DNA of 64,000 nt from an uncultured delta proteobacterium (GTDB taxonomy: Bacteria > Desulfobacterota > Zymogenia > Zymogenales > Zymogenaceae), in NCBI GenBank assembly GCA_963735595.1, contig CAVTLK010000001.1, forward strand, positions 768,001-832,000, read 5' to 3'. Below the pieces are notes generated by a model that saw only the letters and a list, made by a program, of their open reading frames with translations, made no database searches and was not told the DNA's origin. Every line of letters begins with the position of its first letter. The first letter of the stretch is position 1. Shown here piece by piece: positions 18,664 to 29,759 of this stretch. Both the position numbers and the translations under genes were made by a program.

Positions 18664-20751
18664 CTACATCGTACCAACCAGCGCCTCCCGAACCGAATCG
18701 GGACTAACGAGCGGCTCGCGGCAGCTATAGCCCCGGCAGATGTAAGCCGTAGCCCGCCCGTCCCGCATGGTCATCCCGGATACAAACGGAACGATTCTCT
18801 CAATCCGCTGCCGCTGGCCGTCATCACCCTCGGGTACAAACAGGAGGCTTGCCGTCGGCAGGAATAGCCCGTGGACCGTTTTGATGAGCTCACGCGTCGA
18901 TTCGGAACCGGATTCACCCACAATGACGATCTCCTCCGAGGGGGCGAGGGACCGTTGATAAGCCGCCAGAAACTGGGTGCCGGCCTCAGGATGACCGGAG
19001 ATCTGCGGCAATGAGGCATTGAGGATTCGGTCGGCGGCGCGCGAGAATTCCGCGTCTCCCGTCAGGCTGTAGAGCCTCAGGAGGTTCTCTGCCGCTACCG
19101 CGCTCGGGCTCGGGCCCGCCCCGTCGTAGATCTCTTTTAAATCGGCGACGAGATGCTCCCCATCCCGCGCAGCCGTAAAGAGGCCGCCCTCTGTTTGGTC
19201 TTCGAATCGGTCGATCATGACACGGGAAAGCCGCAGGGCCTCTTCAAGATAGTGCACATCCAGGCACGCCTCGTAGAGCTCGATGAGTCCCCGAATAAAG
19301 AAGGCGTAGTCATCGAGGAATCCCCCGATTCCCGCCTCACCTTCCCGGTATCGCCGCAGCAGCCCGCCGCTGCCATCGCTTAGCCGCTCGAATATAAACC
19401 GGGCCGCGTTTACGGCCGCGTCGCGATACAGGGTTTCGCCGAATGCCCGGAAACCCATCGCCAGGGCGCCGATCATGAGGCCGTTCGTCGCCGTGATGAT
19501 CTTATCGTCTTTTTTCGGCTGCGGCCTCTGCCTGCGTGAGGAAAGGAGCCGCCGCCTGATCGGCTCGATTGATTCGACCAGCTCTTCGGCTTGCCCGCCT
19601 ATCCGGTCCGCCAGTTGCCCCGGCGTCGCGGGGAGGTAGGGGATATTCATGCCGTCGGCAAACCCCGGCACGGGGATATTTCCCTCCCGCTTTATGCCGA
19701 AATAGTCTGCCGCCAAATCGGCTTCCCTGTCGGCAAGCACGCGCCGGATTTCATCTTGTGTCCAGAGGTACGCCGCCCCCTCCCCTGAGCCGCTGTCGGC
19801 GTCCTCGGCGGTGAAAAAGCCGCCGTCACCGGATGTCATATCCCCCAGGACATACGTAAATATCTCCTGAGCTGTATGGGCATAGAACAGATCCCCGGTA
19901 ACCAGAAAGGCCTCAATGTAGGCAGTCGCGCACAGCGCCTGGTCGGAGAGCATCTTCTCAAAGTGGGGGACCCGCCACCGCTCATCGACCGAGTAGCGGT
20001 GAAAGCCCAGGCCGATCTGGTCGAAGACCCCCCCGTTCCGCATATGCCTGAGCGTCTCCGAGACCATACGGAGGGCTCGCCCGTTGCCGGTCGCCCGGTG
20101 ATATCTGAGCAGAAACGAAAGACGGTGCGGCACCGGGAATTTTGGTGCGTGCCCGAACCCCCCGTACTGGCCGTCGAACTCCCCGCCCAGGAAACGAAAG
20201 GCCGCATCAAACAGGCCGGCATCGGCAAGAGATGCGGTTTCGCTTACCGCCGCCGGCTGCCTCAGTACCCCGGTTACCCGATCGCCGGCGGTATCGATGC
20301 GCTCCCTGTCGACCTTCCATATCCGGGCTACCGACGTCAGTACCTCGATAAACCCCGGCGTCGTGCCGCGGGACTTTTTCGGGAAGTACGTCCCCGCGAA
20401 AAACGGCTTGGCCGACGGCGTCAGAAAGACCGAGAGCGGCCACCCGCCCTGCCCTCCCAGGACCTGGCACGCGGCCATATACAGGGCATCGATATCGGGT
20501 CGCTCCTCCCTGTCCACCTTTACGGCGATAAAATTCTCGTTGACGATCGCCGCGACTTCATCGTCCGAAAAGGACTCCCGGTCCATGACGTGGCACCAGT
20601 GGCAGGAAGAGTAACCGATAGACAGGAAAACCGGCTTATCCTGCACGCGGGCCTTATTAAAGGCCTCGGCGCCCCACGGGTACCAGTCAACCGGGTTATC
20701 GGCGTGCTGTCTCAGGTACGGGCTCTTTTCCCGGGCAAGTCGGTTCGTCAT
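18664..20751 (-). CDS. Thioredoxin-domain protein, YyaL/DUF255 family
   Basis: [21 protein letters not shown] and PHFEKML. Confidence 0.92.
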   Translation of the reverse strand: MTNRLAREKSPYLRQHADNPVDWYPWGAEAFNKARVQDKPVFLSIGYSSCHWCHVMDRESFSDDEVAAIVNENFIAVKVDREERPDIDALYMAACQVLGGQGGWPLSVFLTPSAKPFFAGTYFPKKSRGTTPGFIEVLTSVARIWKVDRERIDTAGDRVTGVLRQPAAVSETASLADAGLFDAAFRFLGGEFDGQYGGFGHAPKFPVPHRLSFLLRYHRATGNGRALRMVSETLRHMRNGGVFDQIGLGFHRYSVDERWRVPHFEKMLSDQALCATAYIEAFLVTGDLFYAHTAQEIFTYVLGDMTSGDGGFFTAEDADSGSGEGAAYLWTQDEIRRVLADREADLAADYFGIKREGNIPVPGFADGMNIPYLPATPGQLADRIGGQAEELVESIEPIRRRLLSSRRQRPQPKKDDKIITATNGLMIGALAMGFRAFGETLYRDAAVNAARFIFERLSDGSGGLLRRYREGEAGIGGFLDDYAFFIRGLIELYEACLDVHYLEEALRLSRVMIDRFEDQTEGGLFTAARDGEHLVADLKEIYDGAGPSPSAVAAENLLRLYSLTGDAEFSRAADRILNASLPQISGHPEAGTQFLAAYQRSLAPSEEIVIVGESGSESTRELIKTVHGLFLPTASLLFVPEGDDGQRQRIERIVPFVSGMTMRDGRATAYICRGYSCREPLVSPDSVREALVGTM

Positions 20752-20997
20752 TGAAATCTCAAATCATTAGTATATTAGTATTATATTAGCACGGCCCACC
20801 CCTATATCGCAAATGAAAAATAGGACATCTTCGACAAGCGTTTCCGAGGCTTGGATGGAGACCGGTGTTGATGGTCGAAAGACCGCCGCGGGGTATACGT
20901 AACTCCAGAGCCTTATTACTTGTTAACAGGTTAGTTTTTAGGGTAGCCGAAGAGGTCGCAAACGGGACGTGGGCCTTCCCGTCGGTTTCCTCAGCAA

Positions 20998-22095
20998 TCA
21001 GCGAATACCTCGCCCTTTCCAGACGTGCCGCGCGAGAAGAACGGCAATCCGTGCACCCGCGGCCGCCACTATCAGGGAGAAGATCACCGACCATATGAGG
21101 CGATGCTCCTCAAAGATGGGATAGATCCTGCAGATCATGACAGTCTCGATACCGTCTCCTGGGTCGAATCCCGACTTAATGGGATAAATGACTTCATCGA
21201 CCCGATCCTGCGACGGATCAACCGTCATGAGGAGCGCATGGTGGAACCCCCGGGCCCCGCCGCGAAGGTGACTGCCCCCCCCGCCGGTGACGATAAATTT
21301 CGTATGTTTTCTATCTGCCCTGAAATAGGAGTGGAAATCACCAGCAAAAACGTAGTCAACGTTATAGTAATCCATGAGGCTCATGAACTCCTCTTCCCCG
21401 TACATCTCCCTGGCCTTCACCATCGGAGAGAGGGAACGGGGCGGGATGTGCATAAACACGAAGGTAATGATAACGTCGGACGGCCGCCGGGCCAGAACGT
21501 CCTCCAGGTAGCCGAGGTAATCCGTGTTGTACACGTCGTTCAGGCCGATAAAAAGACACCCGCGATAAATAAAAGAGAAATTCGTGGGGCCGTACACTTC
21601 CTCGAAATCCTCTTTGAAGAAGGGGTCGTAGAGACGGTAGAGCTTTTTCTCGTGCTTCGCATTACTGACGAAGTCGCTTCTTCTGCCAAAATCATGGTTT
21701 CCGGCGACCAGGAAGATGGGAAATGTCATTCCCCACTCGGCAAGCTCCCCCATGAAAAAACGGTGCCGGTTGACGGCCGGGAATGCGACGAAATCCCCGA
21801 GAATGACGCCGAAATCCGGCACGGCATCCAGAGGCGTATTCAGGTAAAACTCTTCAAACGCTGTGCTGGATCTCGGATCGCCGATCACGGTGAACGAAAA
21901 CGGTTTGAGTTCCGATTGCCCGTCCACGAGGCCCGAGATGACCTCCGGCCTGTTGCCTAGGAGCGGCGGCGCAGTCGTATCGCTCCACGACCAGCCGTAC
22001 AGTATCGAGGCAACGATAAAAGTCGCAAGAAAAAAGATGATCGCATCTATCGCCAAGGCGGCGTAGAGCCTCTTTTTCGCTAGTATTTTGATCAT
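20998..22095 (-). CDS. Membrane-anchored calcineurin-like metallophosphoesterase
   Basis: GD, GDFV, GNHD, HIP and GDFH motifs; N- and C-terminal TM helices. Confidence 0.82.
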   Translation of the reverse strand: MIKILAKKRLYAALAIDAIIFFLATFIVASILYGWSWSDTTAPPLLGNRPEVISGLVDGQSELKPFSFTVIGDPRSSTAFEEFYLNTPLDAVPDFGVILGDFVAFPAVNRHRFFMGELAEWGMTFPIFLVAGNHDFGRRSDFVSNAKHEKKLYRLYDPFFKEDFEEVYGPTNFSFIYRGCLFIGLNDVYNTDYLGYLEDVLARRPSDVIITFVFMHIPPRSLSPMVKAREMYGEEEFMSLMDYYNVDYVFAGDFHSYFRADRKHTKFIVTGGGGSHLRGGARGFHHALLMTVDPSQDRVDEVIYPIKSGFDPGDGIETVMICRIYPIFEEHRLIWSVIFSLIVAAAGARIAVLLARHVWKGRGIR

Positions 22096-22345
22096 GCGAA
22101 TCCCCTGAATAGGTAGTATTGTAACTAGCTGTGCGGTAATTATAGAGGGCCGGCGAGATGGAAGTAAAGCACAAATGTACGCAATTAGACAATTATAATA
22201 TTTTTTATTAGTTACGTATCAATAGGAATATGAGGAGCTGTATTCTTCCTCGGAAAAACGATTCTGACAATACAACAACGGCAACAAGAAGGCACCCGCG
22301 CAATGTGGTCCCTGATCGGGGCGCCCGTCGCCATACCGGTTCCCG

Positions 22346-23710
22346 CTATTGTTCCGCAGCCTTCCTGAGAGGGGCCAGCATTTTTTCGTTCATCCCGGCC
22401 TGGAATTTCTTCCTGAATCCCTTGATTCTCATCATCGGCACGATGATGCGGCCCATGGCCCGCATCATCCGCTGGCTGTGGGGGAAGTCGAAGAGCCCGT
22501 GCTTCGCGTAGTATCGGTGGTTCTCCGTGAAGATAAAGCGGGTAAAGAAGTTGATATCGCGCAGGATCTTCTTGCCCCCGACTCCCCGGAACGAAGGCGG
22601 CCTGCGTACCCCGTGTTGGAGACCTTCCATGATCCCGTACGAAAGCGCTTGGAGAAGCCCGGTGATCTGGTCCGGGTCCTTGTATTCGTCGGTGACAAAC
22701 CCCCGGTTGCTGAGCCCGAAGGTCTCGGCAAAACAGGTCAAGAGCTCACGGAGGTTGGTAATCTCCCGTAAGGGACCGGAGATAATGAACCCGCCCTGTT
22801 TCCCCGTCAGGACGGGACGGTGACCGTTAAGAAAGAAGCGGTCGAAGAAGAGCTTCCAGCGGGCCGATAGATACCGGTCATGTACGGTACCGGCGTAGAT
22901 GATCGCGTCAGCGGGAAGAATCCGGTTCTGATAGAGAAAATTCATGTCGTCGTCGATAACGCAGACCCCGTCGTACGTGCAGTGCAGGCAGTTTGTACAG
23001 GGGGAAAGCCTGATGTCGTTGATATTGATAAACTCCACACGGTTTGCGAGATGGCGCAGGAAGACGTCGGTCATGTATCCGAGGTTCCTGTCGCGCGGCG
23101 TCTCGTCGGTCAAAAAGAGTATCTTAAAACTGCCCGGCTTTTTTACCAGGTCGGTTTCCGTCGGCCGATAGGCGCCCGTCTTTGCCGAGATCGGCCGGTA
23201 GACCGTCTCCACCGGAAGCCTCCGGCCGGCGATTGTCAAGAACTCCCCGGCAAACAACAGGAGCTGCCGTTTCTGTTCCTCTTCGATAATGTCGTTAAAC
23301 TGGGCCGAATACCCGGTGACGTATCGCATACCGAAGTCCTCGGATATCCCATGAATATAGGCGTGAGCCGTGTGGTCAAACAGGTGCATGGAGGTTGTAA
23401 TCGCCGTCGCGTATTTGCCCGTAAATGCGCCGGAGGCCTTGCGCTCAAAGACCAGCTCGATGAACCGCTTGAGCCCGGCCGGCACCAGGAAATAGGTAAT
23501 GGGGAAAACCCAGATGACGGCGTCGGCCTTTGTTACCTCGGCGATAATCTTTCCGAAATCGTCTTTACCGGTCTCGACCGTACCGAAGCCGCCACCTATG
23601 TGACAGACCGAGTACCGGTGGCCTGGCAGGCGCCGCTGGATACAGCGGAAGTACTGGAACGTGTTGGATGCCTCCCCCTTGGGGCTGCCGGAAAGCACAA
23701 CGACCTTCAT
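22346..23710 (-). CDS. Tandem flavodoxin-like NAD(P)H-dependent FMN reductase / iron-sulfur flavoprotein
   Basis: GSPKG N-domain; second domain with CTNCLHC-x5-C. Confidence 0.8.
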   Translation of the reverse strand: MKVVVLSGSPKGEASNTFQYFRCIQRRLPGHRYSVCHIGGGFGTVETGKDDFGKIIAEVTKADAVIWVFPITYFLVPAGLKRFIELVFERKASGAFTGKYATAITTSMHLFDHTAHAYIHGISEDFGMRYVTGYSAQFNDIIEEEQKRQLLLFAGEFLTIAGRRLPVETVYRPISAKTGAYRPTETDLVKKPGSFKILFLTDETPRDRNLGYMTDVFLRHLANRVEFININDIRLSPCTNCLHCTYDGVCVIDDDMNFLYQNRILPADAIIYAGTVHDRYLSARWKLFFDRFFLNGHRPVLTGKQGGFIISGPLREITNLRELLTCFAETFGLSNRGFVTDEYKDPDQITGLLQALSYGIMEGLQHGVRRPPSFRGVGGKKILRDINFFTRFIFTENHRYYAKHGLFDFPHSQRMMRAMGRIIVPMMRIKGFRKKFQAGMNEKMLAPLRKAAEQ

Positions 23711-23753
23711 ACCCCTATGCTCCTATTTGTATGCCTCCGATACAGATACGGTC

Positions 23754-25449
23754 TTATAAAAAATCGAAATCGCACCCGTCGGAGGCCGAAAGGACATGCT
23801 CTGAAAAGAGCCGTCGGTATCCCCTGGCCGGCAGTGTGGGTGGCTTCCACAGGGCGCGCCGGGAGGATAGCTCCTTCTCATCCACCAGCAGGTCTATCCG
23901 GCGTTCCGATACGGAAAGCTCGATGATGTCTCCGTCGCGCACCAGCGCCAGCGGTCCCCCGACGGCCGCCTCAGGGCTCACGTGGAGCACCACCGTCCCG
24001 TAGGCCGTCCCGCTCATCCTCGCGTCCGACACCCGGACCATGTCGGTGACCCCGCGGGCTGCAAGATACCTGGGGATCGGCAAAGACCCGGACTCGGGCA
24101 TTCCCGCCCCCACGGGCCCGGCGTTCCTGAGCACCATCACGTGATCGGGCGTGATGCCGAGCGACGGATCGTCGATCCGGAGCACCGCATTCTCCGGCGA
24201 TTCGAAGACGACCGCCGGCCCCCGGTGTGAAAAGAGGTTGGGGCTTGCGGCGGCGGCCTTCAGGACCGCGCCCGCCGGTGCCAGCGTCCCCCTGATGACG
24301 GCGATCGCCCCGGGGTCCTGTGCCTCCCTGAGTGGCTCGGAAAGCGGGCGGATCGTGAGACCTGAGGGCGCCGGGGCCGTATTGATGAGCTGGCCGATGG
24401 TCTTACCGGCGATCGTGGACGCGCCGTGATCCAGGAACCCCGAGAGCACCCCGAGGAGCGCGGGCACGCCGCCGGCGTGGAAGAAGTCCTCAAGGTATCC
24501 CGAGCCGGCGGGCTTTACGTCCACCAGGACCGGGACGCGCCGGGCCGCCCCGTCAAACTCGTCAAGGTTCAGATCGATCCCCGCCCGACGGGCGATGGCC
24601 AGGAGATGAACAACGGCATTGGTGGAACCGGAGAGTGCCGCCAGGACGACCAGCGCATTGGTAAAAGAGGCCTTCGAGAGAATCTTGTGACGGCGTAAGT
24701 TGTTCGCGTATCATCTCCACCGCCCGCCTTCCTGCCGCCGCCGCGTGGCTGAGCCGCCGGCCCGCCGCGTGGGGAATCGCCGCCCCGCCGGGCAGCATCA
24801 GCCCCAGCGCCTCAACGAGGCAGGCCATGGTCGAGGCCGTCCCCATGACCATACAGGTGCCGCCGGTAAAGCAGAGTGCCGATTCAATCTCGGCGATCTC
24901 TGCGTCTGTCAGGCGGCCCGCCCGGTACGAGGCCCAGAGGCGCCTGCAGTCGGTGCAGGCCCCGAGACGCTCGCCCCGCCACATCCCTGTCAGCATGGGA
25001 CCAGCCACGACGGAGACCGCCGGGATATCGGCGCTCACCGCCGCCATGATCTGGGCGGGCAGCGTCTTGTCGCACCCCGAAAGCAGGACCACCGCGTCCA
25101 TGGGCTGCGCCCGGATCATCTCCTCGGTATCCATCGCGGCCAGGTTCCTGAAGAGCATCGTCGTGGGGGACGTCAGTATCTCGTGGAGCGATATGGTCGG
25201 GAAGGCCAGCGGAAGCCCCCCGGCCTCCAGCACCCCCCGTTTTACGGCCGCTACCATTTCAGGCATCTGGCGGTGGCAGGTGTTGTAGTCCGAGCTGGTG
25301 TCTACTATCCCGACGATGGGGCGCGACAGGTCAACGCTGTCAAAGCCCGCCGAGGCAAGGAAGGCGCGGCGGATATATTTCGAGAACTCTATATCACCGT
25401 AGCTGGTAAGGTTTCTCGTTATGCCTTCAGGTTTTTTCGGTTTGGCCAT
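23754..25449 (-). CDS. IlvD/Edd-family dehydratase, probably sugar-acid type (frameshift ~24688)
   Basis: NTCH, GCDKT, TCMVMGTASTM, GSTNAVVHLLAIA (after a one-base correction) and SDARMSGT. Confidence 0.9.
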
Positions 25450-25525
25450 GTATGGTTGCCCCCGCGGCAGCCCCTACGTTCCCGGCCTGATCGTCTCAAT
25501 AAACGGCCGGATCTTTAAGCGCCGG

Positions 25526-26962
25526 TCACAGCTGGATATTTATGTGTTTGGTTACCGTATAGGACTCGATCCACTCGGTGCCCCCTTCGCGTCCGAATCC
25601 CGATTTCTTGACACCCCCGAACGGGATCTCCGCAGATGCCAGAAGCAGGGTATTGATCCCCACCATACCAACGTCGAGCCGCTCCGCCGCCAGGAACGCC
25701 GTCCTGGTGTCCTTCGTGAAGATATAGCCCGCCAGGCCGAACTCAGTCGCGTTGGCCTTGGCGACGGCCTCGTCAAGACTCGCAAACGTTGCAATCGGGG
25801 CAACCGGGCAGAACGGCTCCTCGGTCATGATAGCCATCGATGCGTCAACCCCCACCAGGACCGTCGGCTCAAAGAAATAGCCGTGCTCGAATCCATCGGG
25901 CCGGTGCCCGCCCGCCGCCAGCGATGCGCCCTTCTTTACGGCGTCACCGACGAGCCGCTCGGTCGTCTCCAGCCGCCGTTTGTTGGCCAGCGGCCCCACG
26001 TCGGTGCCCGGCTTTTTCCCGTCCCCTACCGTGAGGGATCGCGTGACCCGGACAAAGTGCTCGGTGAATTCCTCCGCGGCCGACTCGTGGACGAAAAACC
26101 GGCTGGCCGCGATACAGACCTGGCCGTTGTTTCGGTATTTTGCCCGGGCGCACGTTTCGGCGGCGTACCGGATGTCCGCGTCCGGGAACACCAGTACGGG
26201 CGAATGCCCGCCCAATTCCATCGAGACTGCCTTGACGCCGTCGGCGCACGCCCTGAGGATATCCTGGCCGACCGGCACCGAACCGGTCAGCGTCACCTTC
26301 CGGATGATCGGAGATGAGATGAGGTAGGCGCTGATGAACGAAGAGCTGCCGGTAACCATGCCCAGCACCCCCGGCGGCAGCCCCGCGTCGTGACATGCCG
26401 CGGCCAGGCAGAGGGTCGTGCGCGGCGCCTCGACCGCCGGCTTGACGATAACCGAGCATCCGGCCGCCAGCGCCGGGGCGATCTTGCGGGAAGACAGGAG
26501 CGCCGGGAAGTTCCAGGGAGAAAAGGCGGCCACCGGCCCGACAGGCTGCCGGATGACGAGGAGGCGGTGCTCGCGGCTGTGGCCGTCGATAACCCTGCCG
26601 TAGATGCGGCGCGCCTCATCGGCGTACCAGTCGAACTGGTCGGCCGTCGCACGCACCTCCGCGACCGCCTCGGCCGTGGGCTTGCCCTCCTCCTCCGTGA
26701 GGATCGCCGCAATCCGGTCGGCCCGCTCCCGGATGAGTTCGGAGACCCTCCGGATGATTGCGCTCCGCTTCCAGGCGTCCGTCTCCCGCCAGACGGCAAA
26801 CCCGCGCTCTGCCGCCGCAAGCGCCGCGTCGAGGTCGGCTGCCGTTGCCACGGGAACCGTATCGATGACTTTCTCTGTGGCAGGATCGATGATGTCGGTG
26901 GTCTTGCCGTCGGACGCCCCGACCCACCGGCCGTCTATATACATCAGGTTCGGTCTATCCAT
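25526..26962 (-). CDS. NAD(P)-dependent aldehyde dehydrogenase (succinate-semialdehyde DH family)
   Basis: PWNFP, TGS, MELGG, NNGQVC and EEPF. Confidence 0.92.
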   Translation of the reverse strand: MDRPNLMYIDGRWVGASDGKTTDIIDPATEKVIDTVPVATAADLDAALAAAERGFAVWRETDAWKRSAIIRRVSELIRERADRIAAILTEEEGKPTAEAVAEVRATADQFDWYADEARRIYGRVIDGHSREHRLLVIRQPVGPVAAFSPWNFPALLSSRKIAPALAAGCSVIVKPAVEAPRTTLCLAAACHDAGLPPGVLGMVTGSSSFISAYLISSPIIRKVTLTGSVPVGQDILRACADGVKAVSMELGGHSPVLVFPDADIRYAAETCARAKYRNNGQVCIAASRFFVHESAAEEFTEHFVRVTRSLTVGDGKKPGTDVGPLANKRRLETTERLVGDAVKKGASLAAGGHRPDGFEHGYFFEPTVLVGVDASMAIMTEEPFCPVAPIATFASLDEAVAKANATEFGLAGYIFTKDTRTAFLAAERLDVGMVGINTLLLASAEIPFGGVKKSGFGREGGTEWIESYTVTKHINIQL

Positions 26963-27017
26963 AGTGTTTTCTTTTCCTCGTGATATCACCAGTACTCCCG
27001 TCCCATTAGCCTCTTAG

Positions 27018-27257
27018 CTTCGTGTCTTCGTGCCTTTGTGGTGAGTCTTTCCCCTCCTGGTTTTAAAGAAAGGGATTCACCACAAAGACACAAAGGCACG
27101 AAAAGCTGCATGATAGCCCTGCCCCTGTAACCCTCAAATCCTTTATTTCCTTTATCTGGTACGGCTCTCTCCTTCGTGTGTTCGTGCCTTTGTGGTGACT
27201 CTTTCCTCTCCCGGTTTTAAAGAAAGGGATTCACCACGAAGATACAAAGACACAAAG
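27018..27257. repeat. Two tandem ~86-bp family-A hairpin units (period 154 bp)
   Basis: 27018-27103 and 27172-27257 each read CTTCGTG..TTCGTGCCTTTGTGGTGA-loop-TTCACCAC(A/G)AAGA.ACAAAG; the loops are also near-identical. Confidence 0.92.
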
Positions 27258-27330
27258 GTCCAGGGACTACCGTATAGCCGGGCCGACCCCCGTATAGCAT
27301 ATCATCGGCGATTGGTCGGGGGGAATCCTT

Positions 27331-29238
27331 CTATAGTCCAATCTCGTGCCGGAAATCCTGGGTCTCCTCGCACCAGTTGCCCACGTTCCACCGGCCGAAG
27401 ACACCCATCCCCCCCAGCGGATCGTTTCCCCAGTATACCGGGACGTGGATAAGCGAGAGGCCGTCGTGCTGCCGTGCGCTGTCGAGGGCCGAGATCAGGT
27501 CTTCAACGGTGTCCCCTACCGAAAACGCGGCCACCCCGCTAATCGAGCGCGCCCAGGCGGCGTAGTCGACTTTCACCGAATCGGCCGTCGCGTAGACGGT
27601 GCCGTACTGGGCCTCCTGCAGGCCGGAGATAGCTCCCATCCGCCGGTTATCCATTACGACGATACAACCGCGGGCGCGGTGCTCGACACCGTCAATGAGT
27701 ACCTGCGGATTCATCACAAACGACCCGTCGCCCGACAGGGCGAGGCCGTAAAACGGTTTCGACGCCAGGGCCGTCGCCAGAAGCGCCGAAACGGCAAAGC
27801 CCATATAGCTTGCGCCGGTTTCGGTAAACGTCCGGCCGAGCCGGTCATCCTCGGATATCTGAAACCCGTTGGCCTGTACGTCGCCCGCGTCGAAGAAGGT
27901 CACAACGTCATGCAGCCTGGCCCAGTCCGTAGCGGCCTTGATAACGGCCGGCTGCGTCAACACCTCGCGCCCCCAGACGGGGTCAAAGAGACGCGGCGTC
28001 TGATAACGCTGCTGCCTGAATTCGTCCCACTCCAGGCGCTTGGCGCGGCAGCGCTCAAACCAGTCCGACGGTTTCTTCGGGCGGTCCTTTAGTGCGTCCT
28101 CCAGCCGCTTGTTGAGAAGCGCGAGTGTCGCCTCGGCGTCGCCGACAAGCGGAATCGTTTTCCGGTAGTGCATGGCCGACTCGACATCGCCGTTGATATT
28201 AATGACCTGTTTGACATGAGGGTATCCGGTACGGGAACAGTCCGACTGACAGACGAACCGGGACCCGACGGCAACCAGGCAGTCGGCCTCTTCCATCGCG
28301 AAGTTGCCGGAGATGGAGCCCTTGGAGCCCCCCACGGTCATATTCCGGGGATGGGTGAACGGAATCACCCCGGAGACCAGGGGGCTGGTAACCGCCACGG
28401 CGTCGGCCAGGTCGAGAAAGCGGGCGAGCTCGTTTCCGGCCAGTCGCGCTCCCCCGCCGGCTTTTACCACCACCCGTTGTGAAGAAAGGATCGCCTCAAG
28501 GGCCCGGTCGTATACGCTTGATTTCCCGTGGGCGCCGCCGTTGCCGGCCGCTCCCGGCCGCGGCGGGGGCTCCGTGGGAAGCGAGTCCAGGTTGAAGTTG
28601 GTTATCATCACGGGCTGGGTGTTCATGGGCATGAGCAGGTAAAAGGGTCCGGGACGGAATGGATGGTCCACCGTGTTAAGTCCACGCCGCAGCGCCGACG
28701 ATATCGCCCGGGGGGTGTGGAGCATATAGGTGCTCCCCATGGCCGAGAAGAGGCCGAAAAAGAGGTTTTGCCCGTGCCGCGCGATCTGCTGCATATTGGG
28801 GCCCTCGTCTTCGGTGGTCTCGTCACCCAAAAGAAGCCACAACCCGATCCCGTCGCTCAGGGGGGCCAGCGACGCCGCCAGCGCGTGCATGGCGCCCGGG
28901 CCGATGGAGGTGTAGACGGCCGCCTTTTCGCCGGTCACCCAGCGCAGCGCCGTGGCCGCGTGGACGGCCTCGATCTCGCTCCTGACCGAGTAGCTCTTCA
29001 CGAGCCCCGCGTCCTCATAGACGCGCAGCACTTCCCCCACCTCGGTGGAGCCGTGCCCGAATATCCCCACAAACCGCCGCACGTCCTGGCGTATGAGCCC
29101 GAGGACGATGGCCTCAGACAGCGTCACGTCAATCTGTCTGCTGAGCTTTCCCGACCTGACGGCCGCATCGATTCCGCCGGCCTCGGCGATAACCGCCGCC
29201 CGGGCCTGTCGCTGGGCGGTGACTGCTGCGTGATTCAT
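27331..29238 (-). CDS. ThDP-dependent enzyme, IolD-like
   Basis: GIFGHG, TSIGPG, GGSKG and the GDGSF...DN ThDP motif; RBS AAGGAG before ATG 29238. Confidence 0.8.
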   Translation of the reverse strand: MNHAAVTAQRQARAAVIAEAGGIDAAVRSGKLSRQIDVTLSEAIVLGLIRQDVRRFVGIFGHGSTEVGEVLRVYEDAGLVKSYSVRSEIEAVHAATALRWVTGEKAAVYTSIGPGAMHALAASLAPLSDGIGLWLLLGDETTEDEGPNMQQIARHGQNLFFGLFSAMGSTYMLHTPRAISSALRRGLNTVDHPFRPGPFYLLMPMNTQPVMITNFNLDSLPTEPPPRPGAAGNGGAHGKSSVYDRALEAILSSQRVVVKAGGGARLAGNELARFLDLADAVAVTSPLVSGVIPFTHPRNMTVGGSKGSISGNFAMEEADCLVAVGSRFVCQSDCSRTGYPHVKQVININGDVESAMHYRKTIPLVGDAEATLALLNKRLEDALKDRPKKPSDWFERCRAKRLEWDEFRQQRYQTPRLFDPVWGREVLTQPAVIKAATDWARLHDVVTFFDAGDVQANGFQISEDDRLGRTFTETGASYMGFAVSALLATALASKPFYGLALSGDGSFVMNPQVLIDGVEHRARGCIVVMDNRRMGAISGLQEAQYGTVYATADSVKVDYAAWARSISGVAAFSVGDTVEDLISALDSARQHDGLSLIHVPVYWGNDPLGGMGVFGRWNVGNWCEETQDFRHEIGL

Positions 29239-29759
29239 AGGGTATACTCCTTTCGCTTTTGCTGATGCCCGATTCGCGGTGTCCAATTACTAAAAGTATC
29301 GCAGCCAGGGAAATATTTCAAGCCAAATCTCCTATAAATAGGCAGTCTAACCGCTATAGCCCAAATAAAAGAGGTCCGGTCGGGGATTCCTGCAGACGGT
29401 GCGTCGGCATTGCAGCGCGCGGATCGGCGCACCCGGGGGTCCCGGCCCGGCCTCGAGAGGAATCGGACAGCGAAGGGGACACTCGCCGGGTCGGCTCGTA
29501 CCGGAGGGGGTATTCCCCGGAGACCAAGCGTGTATATTTTATGCCCCGGAATCTACCCATGTGCATAAGGTGTGGGTAACCGTGCGGAGTAATCGTCCAA
29601 CATATTGAAAACAGGCGTCTTCTACGGATTTGCCTATTTCTTAAGCAACCTGATATGCTAATGGAATCGGCATGTTAGAGTCGTTTATTGCATTTTTGCA
29701 TCATTCCTGGGGAATACTATTACTTGATTGTTCAGGTATTAAAACAGCCGTACATCACC

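Noticed and set aside
20870..20990. Riboswitch or ncRNA around the GGTC-GAAA-GACC hairpin upstream of yyaL
   Set aside because: Only a 4-bp GNRA hairpin; no other conserved riboswitch elements recognised.
27018..27257. CRISPR array
   Set aside because: Only two ~86-bp units with conserved loops, arms dispersed elsewhere in both orientations, and no cas genes.
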